Source: an uncultured virus (IMG/VR IMGVR_UViG_3300025603_001562) (lineage: Duplodnaviria; Heunggongvirae; Uroviricota; Caudoviricetes). Taken from it: a DNA stretch of 64,000 bases. This document shows, in pieces, positions 20,254 through 29,967 of the stretch (position 1 is its first letter; each line of letters begins with the position of its first letter). The position numbers and the translations under genes are program-made. The notes beneath the pieces are model-generated. The model ran no database searches and had not been told where the DNA came from. It saw only the letters and a program-made list of their open reading frames with translations. Where the stretch lies: the IMG/VR virus record IMGVR_UViG_3300025603_001562; one strand, given 5' to 3'.

Positions 20254-23200
20254 TTATTCTATGTTAAATCTAAAGCCTCCGAGACCATTTCTTCCTGTGT
20301 TTAGTTCTCCGACCTCTATTCCAGGCGCAAATTGTTTTGCTTTTAAAGAGAAAGGGTTTATATCAGGCTCTTCTTCAGTCTCTAAATCGAGCACTTCTTC
20401 AAAAATGTCTGATAAAAAATCTCCCAGGGTTTCAATAAGGTTTGCATTTTCTCCCTCATTGTATCCGTCAAAGTTTACTAAATTATCCAATTGAACGTTG
20501 AGTCCTGGAGTTTTGGAAACCAAGGTTAGCTTGTTGTTGGTGACACTTCCTGAAAAAGGTCCTTCTGGTACTTCATTGCCATTCCCCTCGTCGAGTCTTA
20601 GTCTCAGTATCGCATTTGGCTCCAATGGACCATTTTCATCCGACACTGGGATGGGGAAACCATTCCACCAAGTATTTGCAGCCCTTTTTGTAGCAGAACT
20701 CGAAGGTCCACCAACAGTAAGTGTGTATGCCCCATCGCCATTGCCTAGAGTTATGTCAAATGAACGTGTACCGTTAAAGTTGTTTCCAATATCAGACATG
20801 TCTTCAATCTGAACTTCCCATATAGCTCTTGTGTTTTGAGTAGATATGATTTCACTGGTGCATGGTATAGGGACTATGGGGGCGGCTCTAAATTCTCCCA
20901 TAAACTCTATTTCATCGTTTTCATTCAGAAAAAACCCTTGCTGTGTTAAGTTTTCTTCGTTGAGAGGCAAAAGGCTTGACGATAAAAGGAGAACCCCGTT
21001 TATGATAACACTTCCATATTCCATAATTTGATTTTGGTCAGGACTGAATGTGGCCTCATAATACGATACCCCTTTTAGGTCATTAGCGTTTAATCTAAAA
21101 TTACACTGCTCAAGAGTTGAGTCATATGGGTATAAAATGTCTCGATACCCCGTAACAAGGTATCTATCAACTACCGCCCCCTCCGTAGCTTGTATAGGAG
21201 CAGAAGGTATATAGGTTTCTTTGTAGCCTAATTTGTTGATTGTGAATTTGTATCTAGATTCCTGATTTTGGTTAGAATTGGCATAGAGAGATACCCTCAT
21301 TGGCATTTGAGGGTTCAATTGGAAAGTGTTCAAATAATTAACTAATGTGATTGGGTTCTTAGAAAACACAACTAGCCTCACTCCAGGGCTAGTTGATGTT
21401 AACGTTATTTTTCTTGCATCATCATCGAATACTGCTTTAAATGGTTTAGGGGTGCCATATAACCTATACCAGTCACTTGGTCCATCATCTAGTCGAGACT
21501 TCATGTTTTCGTATATGTATTGAAAACTTCCGAGGGAAGTGGCAGCTATATCTGTTCCATTTATATTGATGTTCCCAACAGCGCTGATTGGCAAGTCATC
21601 TAATGAATTAATTAACACATCTTCATAAATAATTTCAACCTTGTGAAGGAGATTGTCTGAGTACGGGGTTTTTATTCTAAATGTCCTTGACTCCTGAGCC
21701 TCTATTGTAGAAGATGCGTCAGTACCTAGGAGTTCATTTGGAGGAATAATTGTTCGAATGCCTTCATTTGTAATCGTGAGGTCAAAGAAGTCATTTGTAT
21801 AGAACTCTTCATTTCGGCCTTGCCAAAAGTTTCCATTCCTCAAAATTGAGGGGCCAGGCGCTGTTCTATCGAAGTCTTCATCAGCTGTTATGTCATAAGA
21901 AGTTCTTCCAGTAAACCTTGCTCTGTTTTCCCAGATATTTCCAAAATTGTATCTTACTTCTTTTTGAACAGTATTGTCGAGAAGTGTAAGCCCGTGATAA
22001 GGAAATACTCCTTTTTCTACTCGGACCGCATTTTCTCCATCAATTTTAAAAAACTCATCTAACTCAATTTCAAAGTCGGTATTTGCTTGAAATGTAAACA
22101 ACTTATTTTGTTCAATTGTGGTCCACTCCAAATCTAAGGGGAGGCTCACTTGATTGCCTTCATGAAATATAGATATATCAGGAGCTGTACCAACAAAATA
22201 CCTTGAACTGTTTGTGTTGTCTGGGATATCAAAAAACTGAGCACTTAGGACTATTGCTGTAAAATCAAATTCTTCATTATCTCCAAAAAACCCTAGTGTG
22301 GATACTGCTTCAATAGTATATGCCCCTTGATAGTCTCCATCTAGTATTCGAAGGTTTTGTCCAACAGTAAAATATTGAAGGTTATCAGGGAGAATAGGAA
22401 TTAAAACAAATGCATTACCATTTAGAGCTGCTAGTGACTGGTCTTCTTGTTCAGGCGGAATATTAACCTCAAAAACCCTCTGTGGGTTATCTGCACCCAA
22501 ACCAGACAAAACCCCTTGTGAATACCCTGCAAAGGGTGTATTGGGGCTCCATGTTAAAGTTAATCTTTCATTTCCGAAAGGGCTAAGTTTATCCAGAGAC
22601 AAAGTGTGGTTCACAGACTGTCCTTCTGACAAGGTGGTTTCAGGGGCATCCCATGTGTATTTAGCAACTTTTTCCTCTATAATATCATAATCCAGTCTTA
22701 TCCAGTGTTTGTTGAAGAAGAATGGAAAGTTGTTTTCTATTAACACTGAACTATCAAGATTGATGTCTAGCGTTTCGGTTCCGTATGGTGCAAAATTCCC
22801 TTCAGTATCATAGTGGACTAGCTTTTGACTCCAGCGCTGTTGCTTGTAGCTAAAATTGTCTGAATCTACTTGAAAGTAGACATCATCAGAAAAGAAGCTA
22901 TCAACCTCTAAAATATATTTTCCTCTCTTTTTTCCGAACACATTTTCTTTTCCATATGAAACAAGAGTTGTCTCAACAGAGTCTATTTCGTTCAAATACA
23001 AAGGGTCCGTAAACACTCTTATAGTTAAATTATTACAATCAATTATTGTACTAGATATTTCTCCGTAAATTCGAAAATTTCGAGACGCATTTCTTTCTTT
23101 TACAAATTGCTCGGCTAAGTCAAAGTTGTTGTCATATCGGCTTTGATTCATGTTTTTATAAGATTGAACCAAATCAATCTCTAAAAACAAATCAACATCC

Positions 23201-23256
23201 TCAGACGATGCGTTTTTTAAAGCCGTCAGTAATATTTTATGTTTCTTTTTATTCAT
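20254..23256 (-). CDS. Large acidic virion protein with a Calx-beta-like segment
   Basis: 1000 aa; LEWTTIEQNKLFTFQANTDFEIELDEFFKI; shares internal blocks with 17206-18960 (NFG.., LTITNEG). Confidence 0.6.
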   Translation of the reverse strand: MNKKKHKILLTALKNASSEDVDLFLEIDLVQSYKNMNQSRYDNNFDLAEQFVKERNASRNFRIYGEISSTIIDCNNLTIRVFTDPLYLNEIDSVETTLVSYGKENVFGKKRGKYILEVDSFFSDDVYFQVDSDNFSYKQQRWSQKLVHYDTEGNFAPYGTETLDINLDSSVLIENNFPFFFNKHWIRLDYDIIEEKVAKYTWDAPETTLSEGQSVNHTLSLDKLSPFGNERLTLTWSPNTPFAGYSQGVLSGLGADNPQRVFEVNIPPEQEDQSLAALNGNAFVLIPILPDNLQYFTVGQNLRILDGDYQGAYTIEAVSTLGFFGDNEEFDFTAIVLSAQFFDIPDNTNSSRYFVGTAPDISIFHEGNQVSLPLDLEWTTIEQNKLFTFQANTDFEIELDEFFKIDGENAVRVEKGVFPYHGLTLLDNTVQKEVRYNFGNIWENRARFTGRTSYDITADEDFDRTAPGPSILRNGNFWQGRNEEFYTNDFFDLTITNEGIRTIIPPNELLGTDASSTIEAQESRTFRIKTPYSDNLLHKVEIIYEDVLINSLDDLPISAVGNININGTDIAATSLGSFQYIYENMKSRLDDGPSDWYRLYGTPKPFKAVFDDDARKITLTSTSPGVRLVVFSKNPITLVNYLNTFQLNPQMPMRVSLYANSNQNQESRYKFTINKLGYKETYIPSAPIQATEGAVVDRYLVTGYRDILYPYDSTLEQCNFRLNANDLKGVSYYEATFSPDQNQIMEYGSVIINGVLLLSSSLLPLNEENLTQQGFFLNENDEIEFMGEFRAAPIVPIPCTSEIISTQNTRAIWEVQIEDMSDIGNNFNGTRSFDITLGNGDGAYTLTVGGPSSSATKRAANTWWNGFPIPVSDENGPLEPNAILRLRLDEGNGNEVPEGPFSGSVTNNKLTLVSKTPGLNVQLDNLVNFDGYNEGENANLIETLGDFLSDIFEEVLDLETEEEPDINPFSLKAKQFAPGIEVGELNTGRNGLGGFRFNIE

Positions 23257-23258
23257 TA

Positions 23259-26200
23259 TTAAAAGATGTCATCAAGTAAGTTAGATAGTCCACTAATCAC
23301 TCCGCCTAAATCCCCGTCAAGAGCTAGATTAAACACGCTTTGAACTGTATCGCTATCAATAATTTGATAACCGCTGTCCTCTATACAGGTTAGCTCATAA
23401 GGAGATTGAGAGCTCCAGTATGAAGCCGCGTGCCTTTTGCTGTTTGCGCCATCCCAAAAAGAGCCTCGATATCTTATGTCAGCAGTGTTTTGATAATAAC
23501 GAGGGCCTCCGTTGCATTTTTGGTTTCCAGTCAAGCTTGACCTTGTTTTTACGTTCTTAGAGATAGAGTGTAAATGAACCTTGTTATGAATGCCGCCTGG
23601 AGGCGTGGACGCAAGCTCTCTAGTGATAATGTAATATGTGTTTGTTTTTCTCAAATTCTGAGAACCAGTAGTTGTTAAGTTTTTATAGAATTTAACATTC
23701 CTAAACTCAAATTTGTAAACGCATTTTGTGTAATATCTCTCTGTATAATCATAGTCAGCATTGCTTTCTGCTTGACAAGTGAGATGAGACCAGTCATTTG
23801 CCACTTCAAACAAGCTAAGTTCTATTCCTTGTCCAGCCGCTAAAGAATACGCATTTCCATTCCCAAATTTTATCTTAGCAGTTTTTATACCTAAGTTCTG
23901 AACATACAGCTTGGCGTCATTCACGGTTGACTGGTTTACTTCGCTATGCTCAGCATACCTCCATTCGTCTTGGTTTCCGTCGTCCTCAGTTTGTTTAAAC
24001 TGAGGCTTTCTGTTTCCTGCTGTGTGTGACCCTTGAACTCTTGTTGGTCCAAAGTAAAATGTAATGGAAGATTCGTTTTCTTTTAATTTAAGAGGATTGA
24101 GATTCTCATTTGGGTTCGAATTAACAATTCTGTAAAGGTCTAAATAGCCTGTCTTGATGAACGAATTTGAGTTTGAGCCTAAGTTTAAGTGTGTTTTTTG
24201 CCCCGTGTTAGACGCGATTACAGTCATCGAGTTAAAATGAGGAGATTTGCTTATGGTTCCGCCAACACTCCCTTCTTCTGGAGTCGTAATAGAGTTCGCA
24301 TTACTTGCATTTAAGTCTTTGTCAAATGTAGCTTCTGATATTCCCCACCAAGAATATATTGCAGTTCTTGCCCAACCTTCTGGTTTCAGAAAGTATCCGT
24401 AACCACACTCGGTTCTTTGATACTTTTCTCCATTTAATACGCTTGATACGCCAGGCTGTGCTGGAAATGTTGGAATGTTTGGTTTGTATCCATTTGCATA
24501 TTCTTCACTTCTATTCCCTCTGTTTTCATATCGATATAAAGTATTTTTTGACACAAATCTTGAAAAATCAGTTCGGAACCAGTCTCCATTAGTTCTATCA
24601 GACTCCACGCCATAACCACCAGTGCCTCCACCAAAGCCGTCATCTTGAAATTCTTCCACAAATGGATGTCCAATTCTGTCTCCATCTGTATACAAAGGGT
24701 GTTCTAGTACATATGAACCATCTTCTCCCGCGTTGTCATAAAAGTCTGGATTAGACTGAGATGGGAGCCTTGGTATTCCATATGGCTCAGGGTAATTATG
24801 ACTCCACGCCTTTTCATAGGGAAACACCCCATTTGATGCGCCTTCCGCAGCCGCAGAAATGGGCACTTCATCAAAGTTTTCATATGGAAAGTTTAAGTGA
24901 AAATGGTCTCTTCTTGAAAAGGTATTATCTTCAGTTAGGACTGTTTTTTGACCAGTAGCTCGGTATATAGCTTGCGGGCTATCATAAAACAGCTTCATTT
25001 GATATGCTGCCAACCATACTCCACGGTTCCCAGTTGGGACTCCTTCTCTGTCAGTCTTTAAGCCTTGTGGGTCATAGCAATTGGCAGGGAGCTTAAATGC
25101 TTGCCAGCCATCTCTTCTTATTTCAATGCGACTTTTGAGCTGTTTAAACTCATTTTTCCACATAAACTGCTGATTTTCTTCTCGGCTTCTAATGTCAGGA
25201 ACTTCTACAACTTCAACATTTCGAATAGGATACCCCTCAGTAGCCATATCTCTAATCTGAACCTGAACAGGTGTTGGAACGCCCTGTGATTGTAATTGCT
25301 CAATTGTTTCCTCGTCTATCGCCACAGGGGGAACGAAGAACGTGCTCCATTTTCTGAGGTCAAGGTTTGAGTTTATGTTTACTTCTGTATATCCAGTCTG
25401 AAAATCGCCCCATGTTGGGACAACGTCAATTGGGAACTGCCGAAAAAAGAAAGAAGGAACAGTGTCAAAATTTGGTTGATTGTCTGCTGGGAATGGGAAA
25501 AAATTTAAAGATATTTCATCCTTAGTCAGCCCTTGCTTAAACATGTCAACTTCAAACACCATCGTTTGTGTCCCAGTAGGGACGTTGTGAATAACAAATT
25601 CTCCCTCGTCATTCGTGTAGGTCATGAATTTATAATGAGAGGGCACTTGAGTGAAGTTGCTACCATCTTGTAAAAACTGCTCAGTATCTGCAGAGAAGCT
25701 CTCGGTATTAAAGTAGTCACTTTGTTTGCTAGCCTCTTTTAAGTTAAAACTAATTCGACTTCCATTATCATCTACATCAGTTGCGTCTGAAAACACGTCT
25801 GAGGGGGCAAACACGCCAATAGGGACATTTCTAAGCGGAATCTTGATATTGTTACCATTTTCATCTTTCACCTTCTGTATAGCCATTATACGGCCAAACA
25901 CAACTCCTGTGTCAGACTCTTGTGTGGGGAAAGAGTTTCTGAGATTGTTATATATTGATAGAGTGTCTAAAGTTTTTTGAGTTCTCTCTAAACCTATTGT
26001 TATAAATAAATCATCCACAAGTTGTTCTCGGAAAAAAATGTAACTCTGAGAGTTTCCTGAAAACAGTTCGTTCATGTCAAGAGCAAAATTTCTTCTTGCT
26101 CTTGACTTTTGTGAAGAGGATAATGTGTAATCTAGAGTATTGGTGTAAACTGAGCCCGTAATTGTGCCAATTCCAGCAGATGCAGGATTAACCCCAGAGT

Positions 26201-26381
26201 TGTTCACTCCTTTGTTAATCCATTGTTGATTACCATCAAAAGTGGTAATTTCATAAGGGAGATTTAGGTTGTCAAAAGTCATGTACGCAGGACTCTTTCC
26301 TTCTCCTGGTTGAAGGAAGGTATCGAAGTATACTATTGTTGTACCTGTTTTAGATTCTTTATAAAGGATTTCCTCGCGCAT
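23259..26381 (-). CDS. Large virion protein with a carboxypeptidase-regulatory-like beta-sandwich
   Basis: GVVFGRIMA..IPLRNVPIGVF..TNDEGEFVIHNVPTGTQTM; lies next to gp6. Confidence 0.62.
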   Translation of the reverse strand: MREEILYKESKTGTTIVYFDTFLQPGEGKSPAYMTFDNLNLPYEITTFDGNQQWINKGVNNSGVNPASAGIGTITGSVYTNTLDYTLSSSQKSRARRNFALDMNELFSGNSQSYIFFREQLVDDLFITIGLERTQKTLDTLSIYNNLRNSFPTQESDTGVVFGRIMAIQKVKDENGNNIKIPLRNVPIGVFAPSDVFSDATDVDDNGSRISFNLKEASKQSDYFNTESFSADTEQFLQDGSNFTQVPSHYKFMTYTNDEGEFVIHNVPTGTQTMVFEVDMFKQGLTKDEISLNFFPFPADNQPNFDTVPSFFFRQFPIDVVPTWGDFQTGYTEVNINSNLDLRKWSTFFVPPVAIDEETIEQLQSQGVPTPVQVQIRDMATEGYPIRNVEVVEVPDIRSREENQQFMWKNEFKQLKSRIEIRRDGWQAFKLPANCYDPQGLKTDREGVPTGNRGVWLAAYQMKLFYDSPQAIYRATGQKTVLTEDNTFSRRDHFHLNFPYENFDEVPISAAAEGASNGVFPYEKAWSHNYPEPYGIPRLPSQSNPDFYDNAGEDGSYVLEHPLYTDGDRIGHPFVEEFQDDGFGGGTGGYGVESDRTNGDWFRTDFSRFVSKNTLYRYENRGNRSEEYANGYKPNIPTFPAQPGVSSVLNGEKYQRTECGYGYFLKPEGWARTAIYSWWGISEATFDKDLNASNANSITTPEEGSVGGTISKSPHFNSMTVIASNTGQKTHLNLGSNSNSFIKTGYLDLYRIVNSNPNENLNPLKLKENESSITFYFGPTRVQGSHTAGNRKPQFKQTEDDGNQDEWRYAEHSEVNQSTVNDAKLYVQNLGIKTAKIKFGNGNAYSLAAGQGIELSLFEVANDWSHLTCQAESNADYDYTERYYTKCVYKFEFRNVKFYKNLTTTGSQNLRKTNTYYIITRELASTPPGGIHNKVHLHSISKNVKTRSSLTGNQKCNGGPRYYQNTADIRYRGSFWDGANSKRHAASYWSSQSPYELTCIEDSGYQIIDSDTVQSVFNLALDGDLGGVISGLSNLLDDIF

Positions 26382-26415
26382 CTACTTGCTTTTCAATAAA
26401 TATGCGCGAGGAAAT
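26368..26415 (-). promoter_or_regulatory. Late promoter motif within a perfect 14-bp hairpin that covers the start codon
   Basis: Minus strand reads ATTTCCTCGCGCAT-ATTTATTGAAAAGCAAGTAG-ATGCGCGAGGAAAT. Confidence 0.75.
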
Positions 26416-26509
26416 TTATAATCTAAATAAAGCAGCCGTCTAACTTATAGTAGATTTAAGCTTTTTAAGAGAAATCATGTTCGAATCTAAAGGTCCTGAC
26501 AAAGAAAAA

Positions 26510-28375
26510 TTAAGAGGCAACTCGCACCCTAATATCTTTATTTGGATTCCTGAGCTCAAACATAGCTAAAGAGCTTCCAAAAATGGCGTTGTCCTGTGGG
26601 TTCATAGCTACTCTGTATCCTCCAGTTCCAATGATGTTTTCAATTGCCCCTGTGGATTGAGCATGTAGCGTCTCTGAGTACCCACCTCCTTGCATGTTGA
26701 AGAAATCAATGTCTACAACGTTTACTACGCCTGGAAGCTCTCTCAACATATCGGTAAGCTGCGATATGTAAATGTTTTGCCCCATTTGCCAATTGTCTAC
26801 ATCAAAGAATTTTTCGACTTCATCAATAGCGGCTGCTTTAATCTCCCTTGTGTTGAAGTTGTTGTTATCAATGTACAAATCAATGTTCAGTGAAATATTT
26901 ATAACTTTTGCATCGTTTATTTCTACAAAGTCATTTACCATTCTATATTTGGAAAGATAGGTCACGATGTTGCTTTTTATTCTACTGGTGGAATTCGCAA
27001 CAAGCTTCCCTTTTCCATTGATGGAAAGAATGTACATTTTAACTTTGTTATCTGAAACTTTAGAATGCAATCTGAATGGAACTCCAAACTTTCCATCCAT
27101 CTGGTATGCTCTAGATGTGTAATCACCTATGGTTACACATCTTTCTTGTGCAGCATGGTTAGCTGAGATGTTATATTTTATCTCTTCAGTAGACGGCAGG
27201 CCTTTACCTCCAATCCCAGGAATAGGGTTGTTTGACTTGGTAGATGCAACTACTTCCGCGTTCGTAGCTTCACTTACCCCGTTTATTACTGATTCTATAT
27301 TTGCGACAGAAGTAAGAGTTGAGGCTCCTACGTTTGAAAGCTGCCCTCCTCCTACTCGATATTGAACATAAACAGTTGCGCTCTGAGGAATTTTATTTCC
27401 AAGAGCAGTGTTGTCTAAAATGTCTGAGACATTTAAGTTTGAATTATCCTGACATACGTCTTCTCCAGAAAGAGCGTTAATGTAAGTAGTGTATGCAGCA
27501 TAGTCTTCATCTCCTCCGCCAAAAGTAATTCGGCAACTTCCATCCGCTAGAAATTCTTTTTCAAATCGTTTAGGGACATCTTTCCAATAGCCTATTTGAA
27601 TTCCATTTACCTGAGAGAAATTATCGTTCTCCATGAATATTTGAGAGGTTGGCAAAAAGTCTACCTCATAGTATTTCATTGTGTCGTCGTTCCACTCTGA
27701 GTAAGTAGGTATCTTGTTGACACCTGCCGATGTGTATACGATAATTGAAATTATTTCCAGCACATTTTTTTCAGGAAGTTCAATCTGGTAAAAAGGAACG
27801 CCCCCATCGGTTGTAACATCTTGCCTAAATGTCTTTGTTACTCCAGCGCGAATCTCTTCTCTTTTGACAATTCTATATTTTAGGAGGTCTTGGTTTGCGT
27901 TGAGAACTGGTTGAATAGTTCTGTTTGCTATTCCATTATCAGAAAAATCACTTGAAAAATCAATGTCATTGAGGGTTTCAAATATTTGACCAGCCCCTTT
28001 TACCTGCATACCCCTTCTGTATAACGGTAGATAAGTTATGCTTGGCCCAGTAGAGGTAGCGGGAACATCTATTATAACGTCAATCAGCGACACAGCTGGG
28101 CGAACGCCAGGCACTTTATACCCTTTTGTTTTAGCAAGGCGATAAACGGAGACTCTTTCTTGAACTCCATCCAAAAATAATTCATTAAACTTTTTGTCAG
28201 CAACATAGCTAAGCAAGTCGCCAACATAAGCATTTAGCTCAAGCATGGCCATTCCAGGTGACGCGACATTAAAATCTTGCCATTGGTCAGGAAAGTATGC
28301 TTTTAAATACTTTATTAGGTCCTGTTTTATTGTTTGAAAATCTCTGCTGAGATAGTTTACTTGAATTTGTCTCAT
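26510..28375 (-). CDS. Baseplate wedge subunit (T4 gp6 / baseplate J-like)
   Basis: NYLSRDFQTIK, ELNAYVGDLLSY, ITFGGG, YRVGGG..SNV, QERCVTIGDY. Confidence 0.88.
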   Translation of the reverse strand: MRQIQVNYLSRDFQTIKQDLIKYLKAYFPDQWQDFNVASPGMAMLELNAYVGDLLSYVADKKFNELFLDGVQERVSVYRLAKTKGYKVPGVRPAVSLIDVIIDVPATSTGPSITYLPLYRRGMQVKGAGQIFETLNDIDFSSDFSDNGIANRTIQPVLNANQDLLKYRIVKREEIRAGVTKTFRQDVTTDGGVPFYQIELPEKNVLEIISIIVYTSAGVNKIPTYSEWNDDTMKYYEVDFLPTSQIFMENDNFSQVNGIQIGYWKDVPKRFEKEFLADGSCRITFGGGDEDYAAYTTYINALSGEDVCQDNSNLNVSDILDNTALGNKIPQSATVYVQYRVGGGQLSNVGASTLTSVANIESVINGVSEATNAEVVASTKSNNPIPGIGGKGLPSTEEIKYNISANHAAQERCVTIGDYTSRAYQMDGKFGVPFRLHSKVSDNKVKMYILSINGKGKLVANSTSRIKSNIVTYLSKYRMVNDFVEINDAKVINISLNIDLYIDNNNFNTREIKAAAIDEVEKFFDVDNWQMGQNIYISQLTDMLRELPGVVNVVDIDFFNMQGGGYSETLHAQSTGAIENIIGTGGYRVAMNPQDNAIFGSSLAMFELRNPNKDIRVRVAS

Positions 28376-28758
28376 TGTCCGTCATCAAAATTTACTGTAA
28401 TTGATACATCGTCTTTTAAACCCCCTAATTCTGGGATTTTATAAATAACATCCACAGTCAATGTATAGCTCTCTTCATTAAAACTGTAGTTGATAGTACT
28501 TATGCTTATGTTTGGAATAAATTCGATAATTTTATCAGTAAGTTCCTTGTTTAATTCCGATTGAGCCCTTGAGTCCCACGGCTCGAATATATAATCATAC
28601 AGAGGTGAGTACAAGCGGTTGTTCATTACGCGCTGACCTCTCTTGGTGGTCAACAGCGAAATTAAATTCGTGCGTATAGCATCTGCATCTGTTTTTGTAG
28701 TAGAAAACATGCCCCCTTGGCTGGTTTGTTGGAAAGGAAATCGAACTCCGATATACAT
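28372..28758 (-). CDS. Baseplate wedge protein, gp25/gpW-like
   Basis: AIRTNLISLLTTKRGQRVMN...LYDYIFEP. Confidence 0.88.
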   Translation of the reverse strand: MYIGVRFPFQQTSQGGMFSTTKTDADAIRTNLISLLTTKRGQRVMNNRLYSPLYDYIFEPWDSRAQSELNKELTDKIIEFIPNISISTINYSFNEESYTLTVDVIYKIPELGGLKDDVSITVNFDDGQ

Positions 28759-28775
28759 CTGTAATACAGTTTCTC

Positions 28776-28814
28776 ATAAATAGAGGCGGGAAAAAAAGAC
28801 CGCTATCTATTTAT
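28776..28814. promoter_or_regulatory. Back-to-back putative late promoters (TATTTAT on each coding strand)
   Basis: Motif at 28776-28782 (minus) and 28808-28814 (plus), between divergent genes. Confidence 0.6.
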
Positions 28815-28848
28815 TTAAAAAGCACACGTAGATGTCAATTTTCAAGAT

Positions 28849-29967
28849 ATGAGGCGATTAACAACAATAGAGTTTATACAAAAATCTACAATGATGAATA
28901 ATTGTAGATATTCTTACAGTAATGTCATTTATAAAAATGCTAGAACAAATGTTGTAATAACTTGCATTAAACATGGTAATTTTTCTCAAAACCCCAGCGT
29001 TCATCTACATCAAAAAAGTGGGTGTCCTAAATGCAAATCTTATGCCAATGGCGTTTTAAAAAAATCAAACACTCACGATTTCACTGAAAAATCCATAATT
29101 GTACATGGGGCTACATATGATTATTCTTTAGTTGAGTATGAAAATAATCAAAAAAAGGTAAAAATTATATGTAGTTCACACGGAGAGTTTAGCCAAACCC
29201 CAGCCAATCATTTATTTGGCAGCGGATGTAAACAGTGCGCCGATTGCAAATCGTCCAAAGCTCTAGTTTTGGGTCTTAAATCTTTTTCAGATAAAGCAAA
29301 AATGACTCATGGAGATAAATATAACTACTCCAGCGTTAACTACATTAATACAGCTACAAAAGTAAAAATTATATGCAGTTCACACGGAGAATTTAGTCAA
29401 ACTCCAAATTCTCACCTTCAAGGAAATGGTTGCCCTCGGTGCTCAGGAAAAGCTAAGTACAACAAAAAAAAATTTCTTTTAAGAGCTATGGAAGTACATG
29501 GAAATCGTTATAAGTATACTGCCATAGGAAAAAATATTACCAATCGCACAAAAATTAATATCGACTGCTTAAAGCATGGAATTTTTGAGCAGTCGATTGA
29601 TGCTCACATAAATAAAAAACAAGGATGCCCTGTATGTAATACATCGAAAGGAGAGCTATTAATACAAGAATATCTAACCCTTAGAAAAATAAAGTTTTTT
29701 CCTCAAAAAACTTTTAATGATTGCATTAACCCAAAAACTGGAAAAAAACTTTATTTTGACTTCTATGTTGACGAGTTAAATACATGCATAGAATACGATG
29801 GCGAACAACATGAGAAATCTATTGCACATTGGGGAGGGGAAAGAGGTTTTACTAAAAGGAAAGAACTTGATTCTATTAAAAATGATTACTGTGTAAAAAA
29901 TGACATATCCTTGATTAGAATCAGGTTTGACGAAAAAATAAACTTAAAGCTTAACAACTTGCTATGA
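28849..29967 (+). CDS. Free-standing homing endonuclease-like protein (DUF723-type repeats plus PD-(D/E)xK domain)
   Basis: Four repeats Y.Y..V.Y....KV.I.C..HG.F.Q.P..HL....GCP.C; C-terminal FDFY..IEYDGEQH; AT-rich. Confidence 0.8.
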   Translation: MRRLTTIEFIQKSTMMNNCRYSYSNVIYKNARTNVVITCIKHGNFSQNPSVHLHQKSGCPKCKSYANGVLKKSNTHDFTEKSIIVHGATYDYSLVEYENNQKKVKIICSSHGEFSQTPANHLFGSGCKQCADCKSSKALVLGLKSFSDKAKMTHGDKYNYSSVNYINTATKVKIICSSHGEFSQTPNSHLQGNGCPRCSGKAKYNKKKFLLRAMEVHGNRYKYTAIGKNITNRTKINIDCLKHGIFEQSIDAHINKKQGCPVCNTSKGELLIQEYLTLRKIKFFPQKTFNDCINPKTGKKLYFDFYVDELNTCIEYDGEQHEKSIAHWGGERGFTKRKELDSIKNDYCVKNDISLIRIRFDEKINLKLNNLL

